Assembly: GCA_027317865.1 (NCBI GenBank) | Contig: DAHVQG010000009.1 | Location: 32,001 to 96,000 of the forward strand | Direction of reading: 5' to 3' | Length of the DNA: 64,000 nt | From: Bdellovibrionales bacterium | Lineage (GTDB): Bacteria > Bdellovibrionota > Bdellovibrionia > Bdellovibrionales > UBA1609 | In this document: positions 27,296 to 37,369 of the stretch, piece by piece | Numbering within the stretch: position 1 is the stretch's first letter | How the letters are laid out: every line of letters begins with the position of its first letter | Position numbers and translations under genes: made by a program | The notes under the pieces: generated by a model | The model's database searches: none | What the model was told of the DNA's origin: nothing | What the model saw: the letters and a program-made list of their open reading frames with translations, nothing else

Positions 27296-28480
27296 ATGGA
27301 ACCGTTTCAAAATGAGACTCGAAATGCCGTAGCTGCGCCGGTTTTGTTCGGGGTCGAGTCGGTCGGGTCGGTTGGGATTGCAACCGTGGAATTGAACCGT
27401 CCCGCGATTTTAAACGCACTTGATACCGACTGCTACAAGCTACTCGAGTCGCGATTGATTGAGTGGCAAAACGATTCAACGGTTGGCGCAATTATAATTT
27501 CGGGTAAGGGCGGTAAAGCATTTTGCGCCGGAGGTGATGTAAAGGGTTTAGTTCTTAAATCAAAAGAGTTTGGGCTTAAAATCGCTCTTGAATTTTTCAC
27601 TCACGAATATTTCGTCGACGGATTTGTGCACAATTATAGAAAGCCAATTGTCGCAATCTGCGATGGTATCACCATGGGCGGCGGGCTAGGCCTTGCGGCT
27701 GGCGCCATTCTTCGAATTGCGACCGAACGAACTTTAGTGGCCATGCCGGAGCTTTCAATTGGTTTATTTCCGGATGTCGGCGCAACTCGCTTTTTGGGCG
27801 ATGTTAATATGCCCGGATTTGAATCGCGTCGCGTACGGGCCCCGTTTGGGCTTTTTATGGGACTCACCGGTGCTCGGCTAAGCGGTGCTGATGCCGTTCG
27901 CATCGGTCTCATGGATGCCTTTGTACCCACTACGCGCCTGCGACATTTGCATGCGGATCTCTTGCGCGCAATGAACGCAGAAAGGAGCTCGGAATCGAAC
28001 GAGCGGGCCGTGACCGCGAATGTGAAAGCTGTGGTGGCGAAGAATTCGCAGCAGGCAACTTCGGGTATAACCGAAACAGATGAACACATAATTGAGGATA
28101 TTTTTTCGCTAGATGATCTATTAAAAATCGACCGGCGCTTTAAAGAAGTACGTAAACTTTCACCATGGCTTGAAGAGACGCGAACGCGGTATTTGAAAGG
28201 GTCGCCACTTTCGCGCCGGGTATTCTTTGAAGCGTTTCATCGACACCGCAATCTTTCTATAATTGAAACGTTAACCCGCGAGTGGGAGATGTCGATTTGT
28301 TTTTCTAAGGGAAGTGAATTCGCCGAGGGTGTCCGTGCTGTTTTAATCGAAAAAGATCATGCACCGAAATGGAGATATTCGGCGCTCGATCAAATACCCG
28401 GTGAAGTGATCGAGTCCATGTTTCGTTCGGGTGAGCCCGAAAACCTATTGGTTGAAAAGTTTCGCGAGTTCGGCTTCTAG
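27296..28480 (+). CDS. Enoyl-CoA hydratase family, 3-hydroxyisobutyryl-CoA hydrolase-like
   Basis: LNRPAILNAL, AFCAGGDV, GITMGGG, AMPE..IGLFPDVG, FAEGVRAVLIEKD..PKW. Confidence 0.92.
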   Translation: MEPFQNETRNAVAAPVLFGVESVGSVGIATVELNRPAILNALDTDCYKLLESRLIEWQNDSTVGAIIISGKGGKAFCAGGDVKGLVLKSKEFGLKIALEFFTHEYFVDGFVHNYRKPIVAICDGITMGGGLGLAAGAILRIATERTLVAMPELSIGLFPDVGATRFLGDVNMPGFESRRVRAPFGLFMGLTGARLSGADAVRIGLMDAFVPTTRLRHLHADLLRAMNAERSSESNERAVTANVKAVVAKNSQQATSGITETDEHIIEDIFSLDDLLKIDRRFKEVRKLSPWLEETRTRYLKGSPLSRRVFFEAFHRHRNLSIIETLTREWEMSICFSKGSEFAEGVRAVLIEKDHAPKWRYSALDQIPGEVIESMFRSGEPENLLVEKFREFGF

Positions 28481-29698
28481 ATTTTGGCGCTTCACTTCTG
28501 ATTGCGCACCGGTGTCGAGAATTTTGAGTGTCACGACATGTTTGGCAAGCTCTTGTTCGCCGATAATAACCGCGCCGAGTGCTCTATGTGCCACAGCTTT
28601 TTTCATTCGATTGCTCATGTTGCCTGAATAGCTTAAATCGATCACGAAACCTTTTCCCCGCAGTTCATGGGCGAGTCGCGTACATTCCCGTTCGGCTTTA
28701 TCACCGACCGGGATCAATGCCACCGGGCGAGTCGACAACGGGTCTTCAAGCATCAAAAGGCTTAATCGTTCGATCCCGGCCGCCCAACCAACAGCTGGTG
28801 TCGGGCTGCCCCCCATCATTTCGCAAAGTCCGTCGTAGCGTCCGCCCGAAAGAACCGCGTCTTGCGCACCAAGAGCGTGCGTTCGAAATTCAAATACAAG
28901 GTGCGAATAATAATCAAGACCGCGGACAAGTTTCTGATTGATCGAATATGCGATACCGAGATCTTTTAGACTCTTTTGGATTCGCTCAAACTGCGTGCGG
29001 GAAGATTCGTTGAGATCGTCAAGTAAACGAGGGGCACTTTCGTTGACTTCAATGTCATTTTTATCTTTTGAATCCAAAATGCGCAGTGGATTGAGCGATA
29101 GCCGCTTTCGGCTGTCTTCGCTGAGATGCGACTCGTGCTGCTTATAATAGTCGACGAGGTGAATACGATAAAGGTCGCGCGACTCCTTATCGCCGATCGA
29201 GTTGATTTCGAGGTAGGTTCGTTCGGCCACCCCCAAAGCGTTGAGAAGATTTTGCGCAAGTGAAATCAGTTCCACATCCGCATCGCCGCCTTCGGGTCCG
29301 AGAAGTTCAGCGCCGATTTGGTAAAATTGTCGATATCGGCCCTTTTGTGGGCGCTCATACCGAAACATGGGGCCCTCATAAAACCATTTGACCGGAAGTT
29401 GCCGCTGCAAACCGTGTTCAATGAATGCACGCATGGCCCCAGCCGTGCCTTCGGGTCTAAGGCTCAGCAAATCGCCGCCTTTGTCGGTGAAGGTGTACAT
29501 TTCTTTTGTCACGATGTCGGAGGCGTCGCCGAGCGTGCGCGAAAATACGCCTGTTGGTTCAAAAACCGGCGTTTTGATTTCTTCAAAACCATAGTACGCA
29601 GCAATCCGGCGTGCCGTCTCAACAATATAACGGTACCGTTTGACTGTTGAATCTAATAGATCATGTGCTCCACGCACTGCCTGCAGTTTTTGTGACAT
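28445..29698 (-). CDS. hisS: Histidine--tRNA ligase
   Basis: LRPEGTA, FRYERPQKGRYRQF, LVRGLDYY, GGRYDGL, GIERL. Confidence 0.98.
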   Translation of the reverse strand: MSQKLQAVRGAHDLLDSTVKRYRYIVETARRIAAYYGFEEIKTPVFEPTGVFSRTLGDASDIVTKEMYTFTDKGGDLLSLRPEGTAGAMRAFIEHGLQRQLPVKWFYEGPMFRYERPQKGRYRQFYQIGAELLGPEGGDADVELISLAQNLLNALGVAERTYLEINSIGDKESRDLYRIHLVDYYKQHESHLSEDSRKRLSLNPLRILDSKDKNDIEVNESAPRLLDDLNESSRTQFERIQKSLKDLGIAYSINQKLVRGLDYYSHLVFEFRTHALGAQDAVLSGGRYDGLCEMMGGSPTPAVGWAAGIERLSLLMLEDPLSTRPVALIPVGDKAERECTRLAHELRGKGFVIDLSYSGNMSNRMKKAVAHRALGAVIIGEQELAKHVVTLKILDTGAQSEVKRQNLEAELAKLFNQ

Positions 29699-29750
29699 AG
29701 AGTCTTCATCATAGTAGACTGTTGTACGTTCGGCAACGTCGGAGAATAAA

Positions 29751-30407
29751 GTGACTGATACGAGTTACATTGATATATCACCGCTAATTTCAGAACGAAC
29801 GGCCGTATATCCTGGCGATACCGCATTTTCTCGGCATGTGACTTTGGACATGGTTCGCGGCGATCACCTCACGCTATCGGATATCCGCACCACTCTTCAT
29901 GTTGGAGCGCATGTCGATGCACCCAATCACTATGCACGCGACGGAGTTGGAATTGACGAGCGCGCCCTTGATTTTTACTTTGGAATTTGCCAAGTCATTC
30001 GCGTGTCATTTGAGGTTAAGCGCAAAAAAGCAAAATCTAACGAAGATTTACGAATTCGCCCCGCCGATTTATCCGGCGTCGAAATCCAGGCGCCGCGCGT
30101 TTTGTTTGCCACGGGGACATTCCCTGAGCCGAATAGGTGGAATGATGATTTTGCGTCGTTATCACCTGAATTGGTTGATTTTCTCGCAGATCGGGGAGTG
30201 CGCCTTGTGGGCATCGACACTCCCTCAATTGACCCATCAGAATCGAAAGAGCTCGAATCGCATAACGCTATTGCCAAACACGACATGGCCATTCTCGAAG
30301 GGATTATTCTTAATAATGTTGAGCCGGGGATTTACACTTTGATTGCCCTGCCGTTGCGTCTAAAAAACGCCGATGCGTCGCCGGTGCGCGCGATATTGGT
30401 GAAATGA
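29751..30407 (+). CDS. kynB: Kynurenine formamidase (metal-dependent cyclase family)
   Basis: HVGAHVDAPNH, GIDTPSID, ILEG, DASPVRA; adjacent to TDO. Confidence 0.88.
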   Translation: MTDTSYIDISPLISERTAVYPGDTAFSRHVTLDMVRGDHLTLSDIRTTLHVGAHVDAPNHYARDGVGIDERALDFYFGICQVIRVSFEVKRKKAKSNEDLRIRPADLSGVEIQAPRVLFATGTFPEPNRWNDDFASLSPELVDFLADRGVRLVGIDTPSIDPSESKELESHNAIAKHDMAILEGIILNNVEPGIYTLIALPLRLKNADASPVRAILVK

Positions 30408-30413
30408 GCCCCG

Positions 30414-31484
30414 TTAGCGATTCAACGCGAAACCCAGTTTTTGAGCGAATGCTTCGGGTAGCTTCGGCAAACGTGACCTCGGGATAAAAAACGTCGTGAG
30501 TTTATAAAAATCCTCGAAGATTTTGTGTTTCTCGGTTGTTTCGCGCAGATATTTTTCACCGGTTGACCCTCCCGAACCCATGCGGTTACCGAGCATGCGT
30601 TTAACCATTAAGGCATGACGGTAGCGCCATTGGGTGAAATGCGAATCGAGATTCAATACCTCAGTGATTAATCGAAACGGCAAATGAAATATCGGTTGAT
30701 CGCGATAGAGTTGAATTAAAAATGCGGCGTGAATTGCGCGATAGCTAAGCCGCCACTCGCCGCGTGCACGCTGCTTTTCGTAAGCGTCTTCATTGAATAA
30801 ATCCGCAAACATTTGACGCTGACCTTGGATGTTTGCGTAAAGCCGCGCCTTCTCGGCGTCGTTTAGTGTTTTGTTCTCGCGCACAAATGATTCGTCCTGT
30901 TCAAACATCGTGTCGACGGCGCGCCGGTATTCCTCCCAAAAAGCGAATTCTTTTGTATCAAGAAACGGAGTTCGCGCAAGCCATGCATCTAAACAATCAA
31001 AGAGACTAGGCTGTGTTTCAGACTGACGCACGGTTTTGGACTGGGCCGCTGAAATTTCGATGTAATACGGTTTTTCATGGTAGGGCAGACGATCATCGGG
31101 TCTTAAACCCAATTTGTTTTCAAGCAGGCGAAACTGGTAACTTTGAAAGCCTGAAGCCGAAAAAATCAAATCGCGAAATTCAAGAAAATCCATGGGTGTC
31201 ATCGTCTCAAGAATGTCAAACTGACCAGCGATGACGTGAAAAATGAGATTGACGCGCTCAAGCCGCGCCACAACCGTGTCCATTTCGCGTTCTTCGACAC
31301 GCGTGCGCGATAGCGTTTCAAGCGTAGAATTGAGTTCAAGAAGAATTTGCTTGAACCATAGCTCATAAGTGTGGTGAACGGTTATGAAAAGCCATTCATC
31401 GTGAGCCGGTCGGTTACTTGAAACGCTGAGCGGCTTTTGCGCAGTTAAAAGTTGATCGAGATGTAAATATTCTTCGTAATTCAT
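30414..31484 (-). CDS. kynA: Tryptophan 2,3-dioxygenase
   Basis: YLHLDQLL, HDEWLFITVHHTYELWFK, ASGFQSYQFR, WRYRH..MVKRMLG..GSGGS. Confidence 0.95.
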   Translation of the reverse strand: MNYEEYLHLDQLLTAQKPLSVSSNRPAHDEWLFITVHHTYELWFKQILLELNSTLETLSRTRVEEREMDTVVARLERVNLIFHVIAGQFDILETMTPMDFLEFRDLIFSASGFQSYQFRLLENKLGLRPDDRLPYHEKPYYIEISAAQSKTVRQSETQPSLFDCLDAWLARTPFLDTKEFAFWEEYRRAVDTMFEQDESFVRENKTLNDAEKARLYANIQGQRQMFADLFNEDAYEKQRARGEWRLSYRAIHAAFLIQLYRDQPIFHLPFRLITEVLNLDSHFTQWRYRHALMVKRMLGNRMGSGGSTGEKYLRETTEKHKIFEDFYKLTTFFIPRSRLPKLPEAFAQKLGFALNR

Positions 31485-32557
31485 TGTGGAGCACCCGCTG
31501 GTGTCTTAGCACGTACGTGGTCAAGTCGGTCCATAAAATAATCGATGTCGGCACGGGTTACGTCGAACGAAATCATTAAACGCACCTCAAACGTCGAAAG
31601 ACCAGGACTTTCATCCCAAACGTAAAAGAACACGTGCTCGCGTAACTCGCGAACCCAAGATTTAGGGATGCGCGCAAACACGCTATTGGCTTGCACCGGT
31701 TGGGTAATCTTCACGTCGCTAACGGTAGACAGACGCGATTCCAAATACATGGCCAGTTGATGAGTTTCGTGCGCGACCACTCGCCAGAGTTCATTTTCAA
31801 AAAAGGCCAAAAACTGCGCGGATAAAAAGCGCATTTTTGAAGGCAGTTGCATATATTGTTTACGTAAGAACTTGAGGTTTTGTATCGCCTTTTCGGTCGC
31901 GGTATTCTTGAACAGCAAAACCGCTTCACCGTACAATAAGCCGTTTTTAGTGCCGCCAAACGAAACCGCATCGACCCCCAAATCGCTCGTTAGATCACGA
32001 AGCGAGCAGTTTAAGTAGTTGGCCGATTGTACCAAACGCGCTCCATCAATATGAAATAATAAATTCTGTTCGCGCGTGAAAGCGCGAAGTTGGCGTAATT
32101 CGTTAAGTGTGTAACAGGTGCCGTACTCGGTGCATTGAGTGATCGAGACCAGTCGGGGTTGCGCAAAATGCTGATCACCTTTACGTATGAGAAGCGCTTC
32201 GATTTGGTCTGCGGTTATTTTGCCGTTATGGTTTTCGCTCGGCAACGTCAGTATTTTACAACCAATGGCGTTTTCGGGGGCTGCACATTCGTCGAGATGC
32301 AAATGCGCGGTATCAGCGCAAATGACGGCTTCAAAACTCTCAACTAATGCGCGCAAGCAAAGCACATTGGCAGCTGTACCGTTAAACACAAAAAACGTTT
32401 CAACGCTTTCACCGAACTGTTTTTTGAACTCATCGAGTGCTTTTGCAGTCAGTTCGTCAGTGCCATACGAAGGCGCATGACCTGAATTTGATTGCGCCAT
32501 CGCTTGCCAGACGAGCGGGTGTACTCCTGAATGATTGTCACTTCCGAGACTTAACAT
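31481..32557 (-). CDS. ltaE: Low-specificity L-threonine aldolase family (PLP)
   Basis: SDN, FNGTAAN, TEYGT, HIDGAR, SFGGTKNG, SKMRF; ATG 32557 with SD GGAG. Confidence 0.88.
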   Translation of the reverse strand: MLSLGSDNHSGVHPLVWQAMAQSNSGHAPSYGTDELTAKALDEFKKQFGESVETFFVFNGTAANVLCLRALVESFEAVICADTAHLHLDECAAPENAIGCKILTLPSENHNGKITADQIEALLIRKGDQHFAQPRLVSITQCTEYGTCYTLNELRQLRAFTREQNLLFHIDGARLVQSANYLNCSLRDLTSDLGVDAVSFGGTKNGLLYGEAVLLFKNTATEKAIQNLKFLRKQYMQLPSKMRFLSAQFLAFFENELWRVVAHETHQLAMYLESRLSTVSDVKITQPVQANSVFARIPKSWVRELREHVFFYVWDESPGLSTFEVRLMISFDVTRADIDYFMDRLDHVRAKTPAGAPQ

Positions 32558-33491
32558 GGCGAGCTCCGTATAAAAATGTGTGAAACAAAATCGCCGCCAG
32601 TTGCGAAGTTTTATTAGCGAAATCAAGTGGCGGCGAAACTTCGTAAATACCAAACACGCGAATATCCATCTTCGCGGCCATTTGTCTTAATACCGGCAAG
32701 AATTCGTTCGGGTCCAGGCCCGTTGCGTAAGATGCACTTGCGCCGGGAGCAAACGCGGACGAAAACACATCGATATCGACGCTGAGATAGGTCGGGCGGC
32801 GCATTTTCATGAACGGTGCTAAGGCTGCAGTTAGCCGGCCCTGTACTTTCGAGAGATCAAGGAGCGTGACCTTATGAAATTGTTCGGTCCAGCGACGGTG
32901 CGCGAGACTGTTGCAGTGCGGTTGCAGTCCGATTTCGACAAAATCGAAATTTTGGTGAGCTGTGAGTAACTGGTAAAAACCTGATCCACTGTTGGGGCCG
33001 TCAGAGTCGGGTCGCACGTCAAGGTGCGCGTCGAAATTAATTACAAGCGGCCGCCGGCCCTGGTAAGAATTGAGAAAGGCGTTACCATCAGAAAACGCGT
33101 AATCGTGACCGCCACCCATGGCAAGAGCACGATGACCCGCCTGCAGAACACGAGCCACCGTGGAGCTGCCACGAACCTGACGTTCTCGTAAATCTCCAGC
33201 CAAATTGAGATTGCCGAGATCGAAAAACGCCGGTTGCTTATCGCTAGGTGGAGTCATTTTGTAAAGCGCAGTACGAATTGCGTCAGGGGCTTCGCGGGCA
33301 CCAAGGCGGCCAAAGTTGGCGCGAATGCCGTCGTCGTCCGGATAGCCGTACAGCACGAAACCCGGCTCCAGGCTTGGGATATCGGATTCGCAAATGACCT
33401 TCGCAATTTCGCCCAATCGCACATCGTTAGAGCGCGGTGATTTGTAAAACAGTGACGAATTGGGAGCGTTAAACGCCGTTGTTTGACTCAT
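32538..33491 (-). CDS. hutG: Formimidoylglutamase (arginase family)
   Basis: GRLGAREAP, GGGHD, NFDAHLDVR, SVDIDV, APGAS, EVSP. Confidence 0.88.
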   Translation of the reverse strand: MSQTTAFNAPNSSLFYKSPRSNDVRLGEIAKVICESDIPSLEPGFVLYGYPDDDGIRANFGRLGAREAPDAIRTALYKMTPPSDKQPAFFDLGNLNLAGDLRERQVRGSSTVARVLQAGHRALAMGGGHDYAFSDGNAFLNSYQGRRPLVINFDAHLDVRPDSDGPNSGSGFYQLLTAHQNFDFVEIGLQPHCNSLAHRRWTEQFHKVTLLDLSKVQGRLTAALAPFMKMRRPTYLSVDIDVFSSAFAPGASASYATGLDPNEFLPVLRQMAAKMDIRVFGIYEVSPPLDFANKTSQLAAILFHTFLYGARHVKSRK

Positions 33492-33534
33492 AGCCTCAGA
33501 TTGATAACATAGATTTAAAACAAGAGGTAACGAT

Positions 33535-34005
33535 TTGGCCCATTTACAATGTGCAGGGGTGGTCCCTGGACCACGTTTTGATGTTTACGAATACATGACC
33601 TCCCCCGCAAATCTTGCCGAACAGTTAAAAGGTCACGTTGAAGTCATTTGGCAAAACCCTGGAATTGATCTGAAAACAGGGTCTGAATTTGTTTTTTCAA
33701 TGTCTCGCTTCGGCGTGGAGCAACCCATACGATTTGCTGTTGATCGTATGATTTTGGGTAGTCAATTTACTTACCGTCAAATTAGCGGCGTTTATGCGCG
33801 ATTTATCCACACGATGAAGTTTGAAGAGCAAAATCCAAACGAGACCTTGGTCACGGATTGGGTCGACTACGATATGCCGTTTGGATTATTTGGCCGGTTG
33901 GCTGACGATTTTTTTGTCCATAAAGATCTTCGTAAATTACTTGAAGTTCGGTTCGACCGCGCTCGCGAGCATTTTGAGCAACGCAGTGCTAATGCCAGCG
34001 TTTAG
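33535..34005 (+). CDS. SRPBCC family protein
   Basis: TLVTDWVDYDMPFGLFGRL, F.Y.Q..G...F.H. Confidence 0.8.
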   Translation: MAHLQCAGVVPGPRFDVYEYMTSPANLAEQLKGHVEVIWQNPGIDLKTGSEFVFSMSRFGVEQPIRFAVDRMILGSQFTYRQISGVYARFIHTMKFEEQNPNETLVTDWVDYDMPFGLFGRLADDFFVHKDLRKLLEVRFDRAREHFEQRSANASV

Positions 34006-34042
34006 GCAAATCTAAATGAAAACGTCAAACCGCAAAAACGGA

Positions 34043-34990
34043 TTAAATTATACCCCGCTTTTTGAGAGCCTCTTGCAGGCCGCGCATGGCTTCGAGGTGC
34101 ACAAGGCCCATTTTGTCGATCAGCATTTTTTTTAGCGCTTCTTTGGGGGCGATATCTTCATACAACAAGTAATGATCAAAACTGTTGGCGGCAGAAACAA
34201 CCATAGACATCAAATCAAGATGGCGCTCGTTTTTGCCGCGAGGGCCGCTCCCATCAATGTTTTCTTCGTGCTCCGAAACGACAATCAATGTTGTCGGGTC
34301 GAAATGTGAGGCTTGATTGAGTCGTTCATAACCCGCCATCGCGTGCTCTCGATGCAGGTGCTGTTCCGCTTTAGTTAGCTTGTTTGCCGGAACTGAAAAA
34401 TTGATATTGTTGTACGTATGTTCGATATCATGCAGAAGCGCGCCGAGCACCATCGGCACTATTTTAAGCGCATGCGTTTCGGCAAGACCCATTTCAAATG
34501 ATATGGCTAGGGCAAGGGCGGCGACGGTAACTTCGTGATGAGAAACGCTAAAATCCGTATTTTTCAGATTTAAAAATATATTGAGAATTGCCGGTTCAAC
34601 TGCAAATAGCTTTACAAATTTTTCGGCATGTTTTTTGGCTGAGACAAACAGCGACATGTCGGTTGGCGACTCCATCAAATCTTCGGCGGTCGCCTGCAGC
34701 AGCCCATGAAGAATTTGTGTACGAACTTCGACGGGCTTTTGGCCCAAATTTTCAAATACGCGTGAGATGTTTTCGGCAATGTAAGCTTGATAAGCCGCTT
34801 CATCGCTTTTTTGAATATACATTCGCGCGAGTTTCTTGCCACGCAACCGTTCAAGCCGTTCACCTTCAAAACTGTCGCCTTCGCGACAAATCAAAATGTG
34901 CTTTCCGGCCACTTGAACATAGGCGTTGAATTTAATTCTGGCATCACCGCGCAAGGTACTCACTCGAATCGGTAGAAACTCGTCACTCAT
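34043..34990 (-). CDS. HD-GYP-like protein, probable orthologue of Bdellovibrio Bd1817
   Basis: IRVSTLRGD..FNAYV..GDSFEGERL N-domain; SHH, LLHD, HEE..DGSGPRG (no Tyr in GYP); similarity recalled, not aligned. Confidence 0.85.
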   Translation of the reverse strand: MSDEFLPIRVSTLRGDARIKFNAYVQVAGKHILICREGDSFEGERLERLRGKKLARMYIQKSDEAAYQAYIAENISRVFENLGQKPVEVRTQILHGLLQATAEDLMESPTDMSLFVSAKKHAEKFVKLFAVEPAILNIFLNLKNTDFSVSHHEVTVAALALAISFEMGLAETHALKIVPMVLGALLHDIEHTYNNINFSVPANKLTKAEQHLHREHAMAGYERLNQASHFDPTTLIVVSEHEENIDGSGPRGKNERHLDLMSMVVSAANSFDHYLLYEDIAPKEALKKMLIDKMGLVHLEAMRGLQEALKKRGII

Positions 34991-34994
34991 ACTA

Positions 34995-36050
34995 TCAGTC
35001 AATCTCATGGAGGGCCCATGACGCAAGTTCGCCTAGACGAGGGTCGGTGAGATAGCGTGAAATCTTGTCTTTTAATTCGCGAAGCCGTAAATTGCCTGCA
35101 ATCACAATTGCATTACGTTTAAGGCCAAAACCGCGTGCCCGAGACAGGGGAGTGTGCTCCAGCGCTCGTTCGAGCGACTTTGAGCTCGAATCCAAAATCC
35201 AACGCAATTCACCAATCAGTTCGTGAGTTGGCGACTCGTCTTTTGGGGTCTCGTCAATTGTCGGCGAAATGACTTTTTGATTCCACGGGCACACATCTTG
35301 GCAGATATCGCAGCCAAAGAAATGCGACCCGATCGATTTACGTAATTCCGGCGCAGGCACCGACTTCGATTCAATAGTCAGATAAGAGATGCATTTTCTT
35401 GCGTCAACCACGCGCGGTTCAACAATGGCTTGGGTCGGGCATGCGTCCATGCAACGTCGGCATCGGCCGCAACGGTCTGGAGCCGTTACGCCCGCAACGG
35501 GCAAGCGCAGCGAGGTGACAATCTCTCCGATAAGAAAGTAACTGCCTTTTCGTTCGTCGATGACACAACTGTTTTTGCCGACCCATCCTAAACCGGCGCG
35601 ATATGCGAGATCGCGTTCAAGAATCGGCTTCGAATCCGTGGCCACCGAAAATTCCTCATCGCGAAAACGTTGCTTGAGGGCGTGAGCGGCCTTATTTAAC
35701 TGGCCGGTCAGCCACACGTGGTAATCGTCAATCCGTGCATAACTCGCGATATTGAGATGTTGAAATTGATCGATCGCTTTGGCATCCCAACGTTCTGCCC
35801 AGGCGGCGGGTTTGTAAAATGCCGCGACAACAATTGCGGAGTGCGCGCTTAAAGCTTTTTTAATCGGCAGGTGTCGCTCTAAATAAGCCATGTCGCCATG
35901 AAACCCTCGTTTGAGCCACAATTCGTAATGGGTCATCGACAGGGCCGGTGTAAGCGGGGCCCATCCAAAATGATCAAAACCATGCTCCGCCATGATCGTG
36001 CGAAGAATAGGTTCGATCGGCTGTTCCTGTTCTTGTTCTTGTGACATCAC
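34995..36050 (-). CDS. queG: tRNA epoxyqueuosine(34) reductase
   Basis: HGDMAYL, DYH, D..PILER..A.RAGLGW.GKN, CGRCRRCMDACPT, CISYLTIE, GCDICQDVCPWN. Confidence 0.96.
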   Translation of the reverse strand: MMSQEQEQEQPIEPILRTIMAEHGFDHFGWAPLTPALSMTHYELWLKRGFHGDMAYLERHLPIKKALSAHSAIVVAAFYKPAAWAERWDAKAIDQFQHLNIASYARIDDYHVWLTGQLNKAAHALKQRFRDEEFSVATDSKPILERDLAYRAGLGWVGKNSCVIDERKGSYFLIGEIVTSLRLPVAGVTAPDRCGRCRRCMDACPTQAIVEPRVVDARKCISYLTIESKSVPAPELRKSIGSHFFGCDICQDVCPWNQKVISPTIDETPKDESPTHELIGELRWILDSSSKSLERALEHTPLSRARGFGLKRNAIVIAGNLRLRELKDKISRYLTDPRLGELASWALHEID

Positions 36051-36073
36051 CGGCCTTTGAGTAAACTCAGTTT

Positions 36074-37369
36074 ATGTCATTGGCAACAAACGCGCCACTC
36101 CATGAGATCTTCGCTCAACATCCGCATTGGCAGCAAGTTCAGACTGTTGTACGGGCTCTTAGCGCAAAAGGTTTTACTGCTTACCTAGCGGGCGGAGCAG
36201 TTCGCGACGCGCTTTTGGGCGAACCCGTGCATGATTTTGATATTGTGACGAGCGCATTACCCGAAGACCTAGAAGAAATCATTAAGCGCGCAACAGGTAA
36301 ACACGCGCTCGACATTGGCAAACAGTTTGGAATAATGATGATACCGGTCGGCGACGGCAGGGAACGAATTGAAATGGCCACGTTTCGCTCTGATGGGGCA
36401 TACGTTGACGGACGGCATCCTCAATCGGTGACATTTGCAAGCGCAGAAGAAGACGCAAAACGGCGCGATTTTACTGTGAACGCCCTTTTTTATGATTTTC
36501 AAAAAGACCGAGTAATTGATTTTGTGCAAGGATTGAAAGATTTAAAAGGCGGCATTATTCGCGCCGTCGGTGAACCCCGCCGACGTTTTCAAGAAGATAA
36601 ATTACGCCTTTTACGCGCGGTTCGTTTTTCCGCCCAACTTGGATTTCAAATTGAGCCTGAAACATATCGCGCGATTCAAGCTCTAGCTGACGAGCTTCGC
36701 GTGGTTTCGCGCGAACGGATAACGGCCGAACTCGTGCGGCTGTCGCAGACTCGTAATGTGGCATCCGGTTTCGCGGCGCTTATCGACACCGGTTTGTTTC
36801 GAGTCATTTTTGAGCCGCTTAAATTCATTGAGGTGGAACAATATCGAAATCGATTTCTTCGCGCTCTTGCGCGCTTAAGCGGTATCGGGTCGCTTGAACT
36901 GATTTTGTCACTTATGTTTATCGTTGAAATTGAAGCGGCAAAGTCACATGGGCGAATCGCGCAGGTTACCGATAAGGTATTGCAGAGTTTGTCGTTGTCT
37001 CGAGCCAGTTACCACTACATTCATTTTTTAGTAAACGGGGCCAAAAGCCTTCGCGAAGATCCTGAAGCGGCGCTTATGTGTCTTGATACCGAAGAGGGTC
37101 CGTTATTGTCTGAACTGGGCTTCGCACTCGAGTCGATTGGGTTGTTACCGCACCATCGCGTGGGGCAGATATTGGAACAGTATCTAAAACTGGCGGGTAA
37201 TTTGGGACGTTTACCTGCTCCTTTTGTAAACGGAAACGATTTAAAAGATTTAGGTGTAGCTGCTGGCCCGAAAATTGGTGAAATACTTGCGGTTCTCTAC
37301 AAGAAACAGTTGCGCGGTGAAATTGTCGACCGCGGCGAAGCATTGCAAATGGCAAGACAAATACTTTAA
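36074..37369 (+). CDS. cca: CCA tRNA nucleotidyltransferase/poly(A) polymerase family
   Basis: GGAVRD..DFD, ATFRSD..Y.DGRHP, RRDFTVNA, EDKLRLLRAVRF, SRERI. Confidence 0.92.
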   Translation: MSLATNAPLHEIFAQHPHWQQVQTVVRALSAKGFTAYLAGGAVRDALLGEPVHDFDIVTSALPEDLEEIIKRATGKHALDIGKQFGIMMIPVGDGRERIEMATFRSDGAYVDGRHPQSVTFASAEEDAKRRDFTVNALFYDFQKDRVIDFVQGLKDLKGGIIRAVGEPRRRFQEDKLRLLRAVRFSAQLGFQIEPETYRAIQALADELRVVSRERITAELVRLSQTRNVASGFAALIDTGLFRVIFEPLKFIEVEQYRNRFLRALARLSGIGSLELILSLMFIVEIEAAKSHGRIAQVTDKVLQSLSLSRASYHYIHFLVNGAKSLREDPEAALMCLDTEEGPLLSELGFALESIGLLPHHRVGQILEQYLKLAGNLGRLPAPFVNGNDLKDLGVAAGPKIGEILAVLYKKQLRGEIVDRGEALQMARQIL

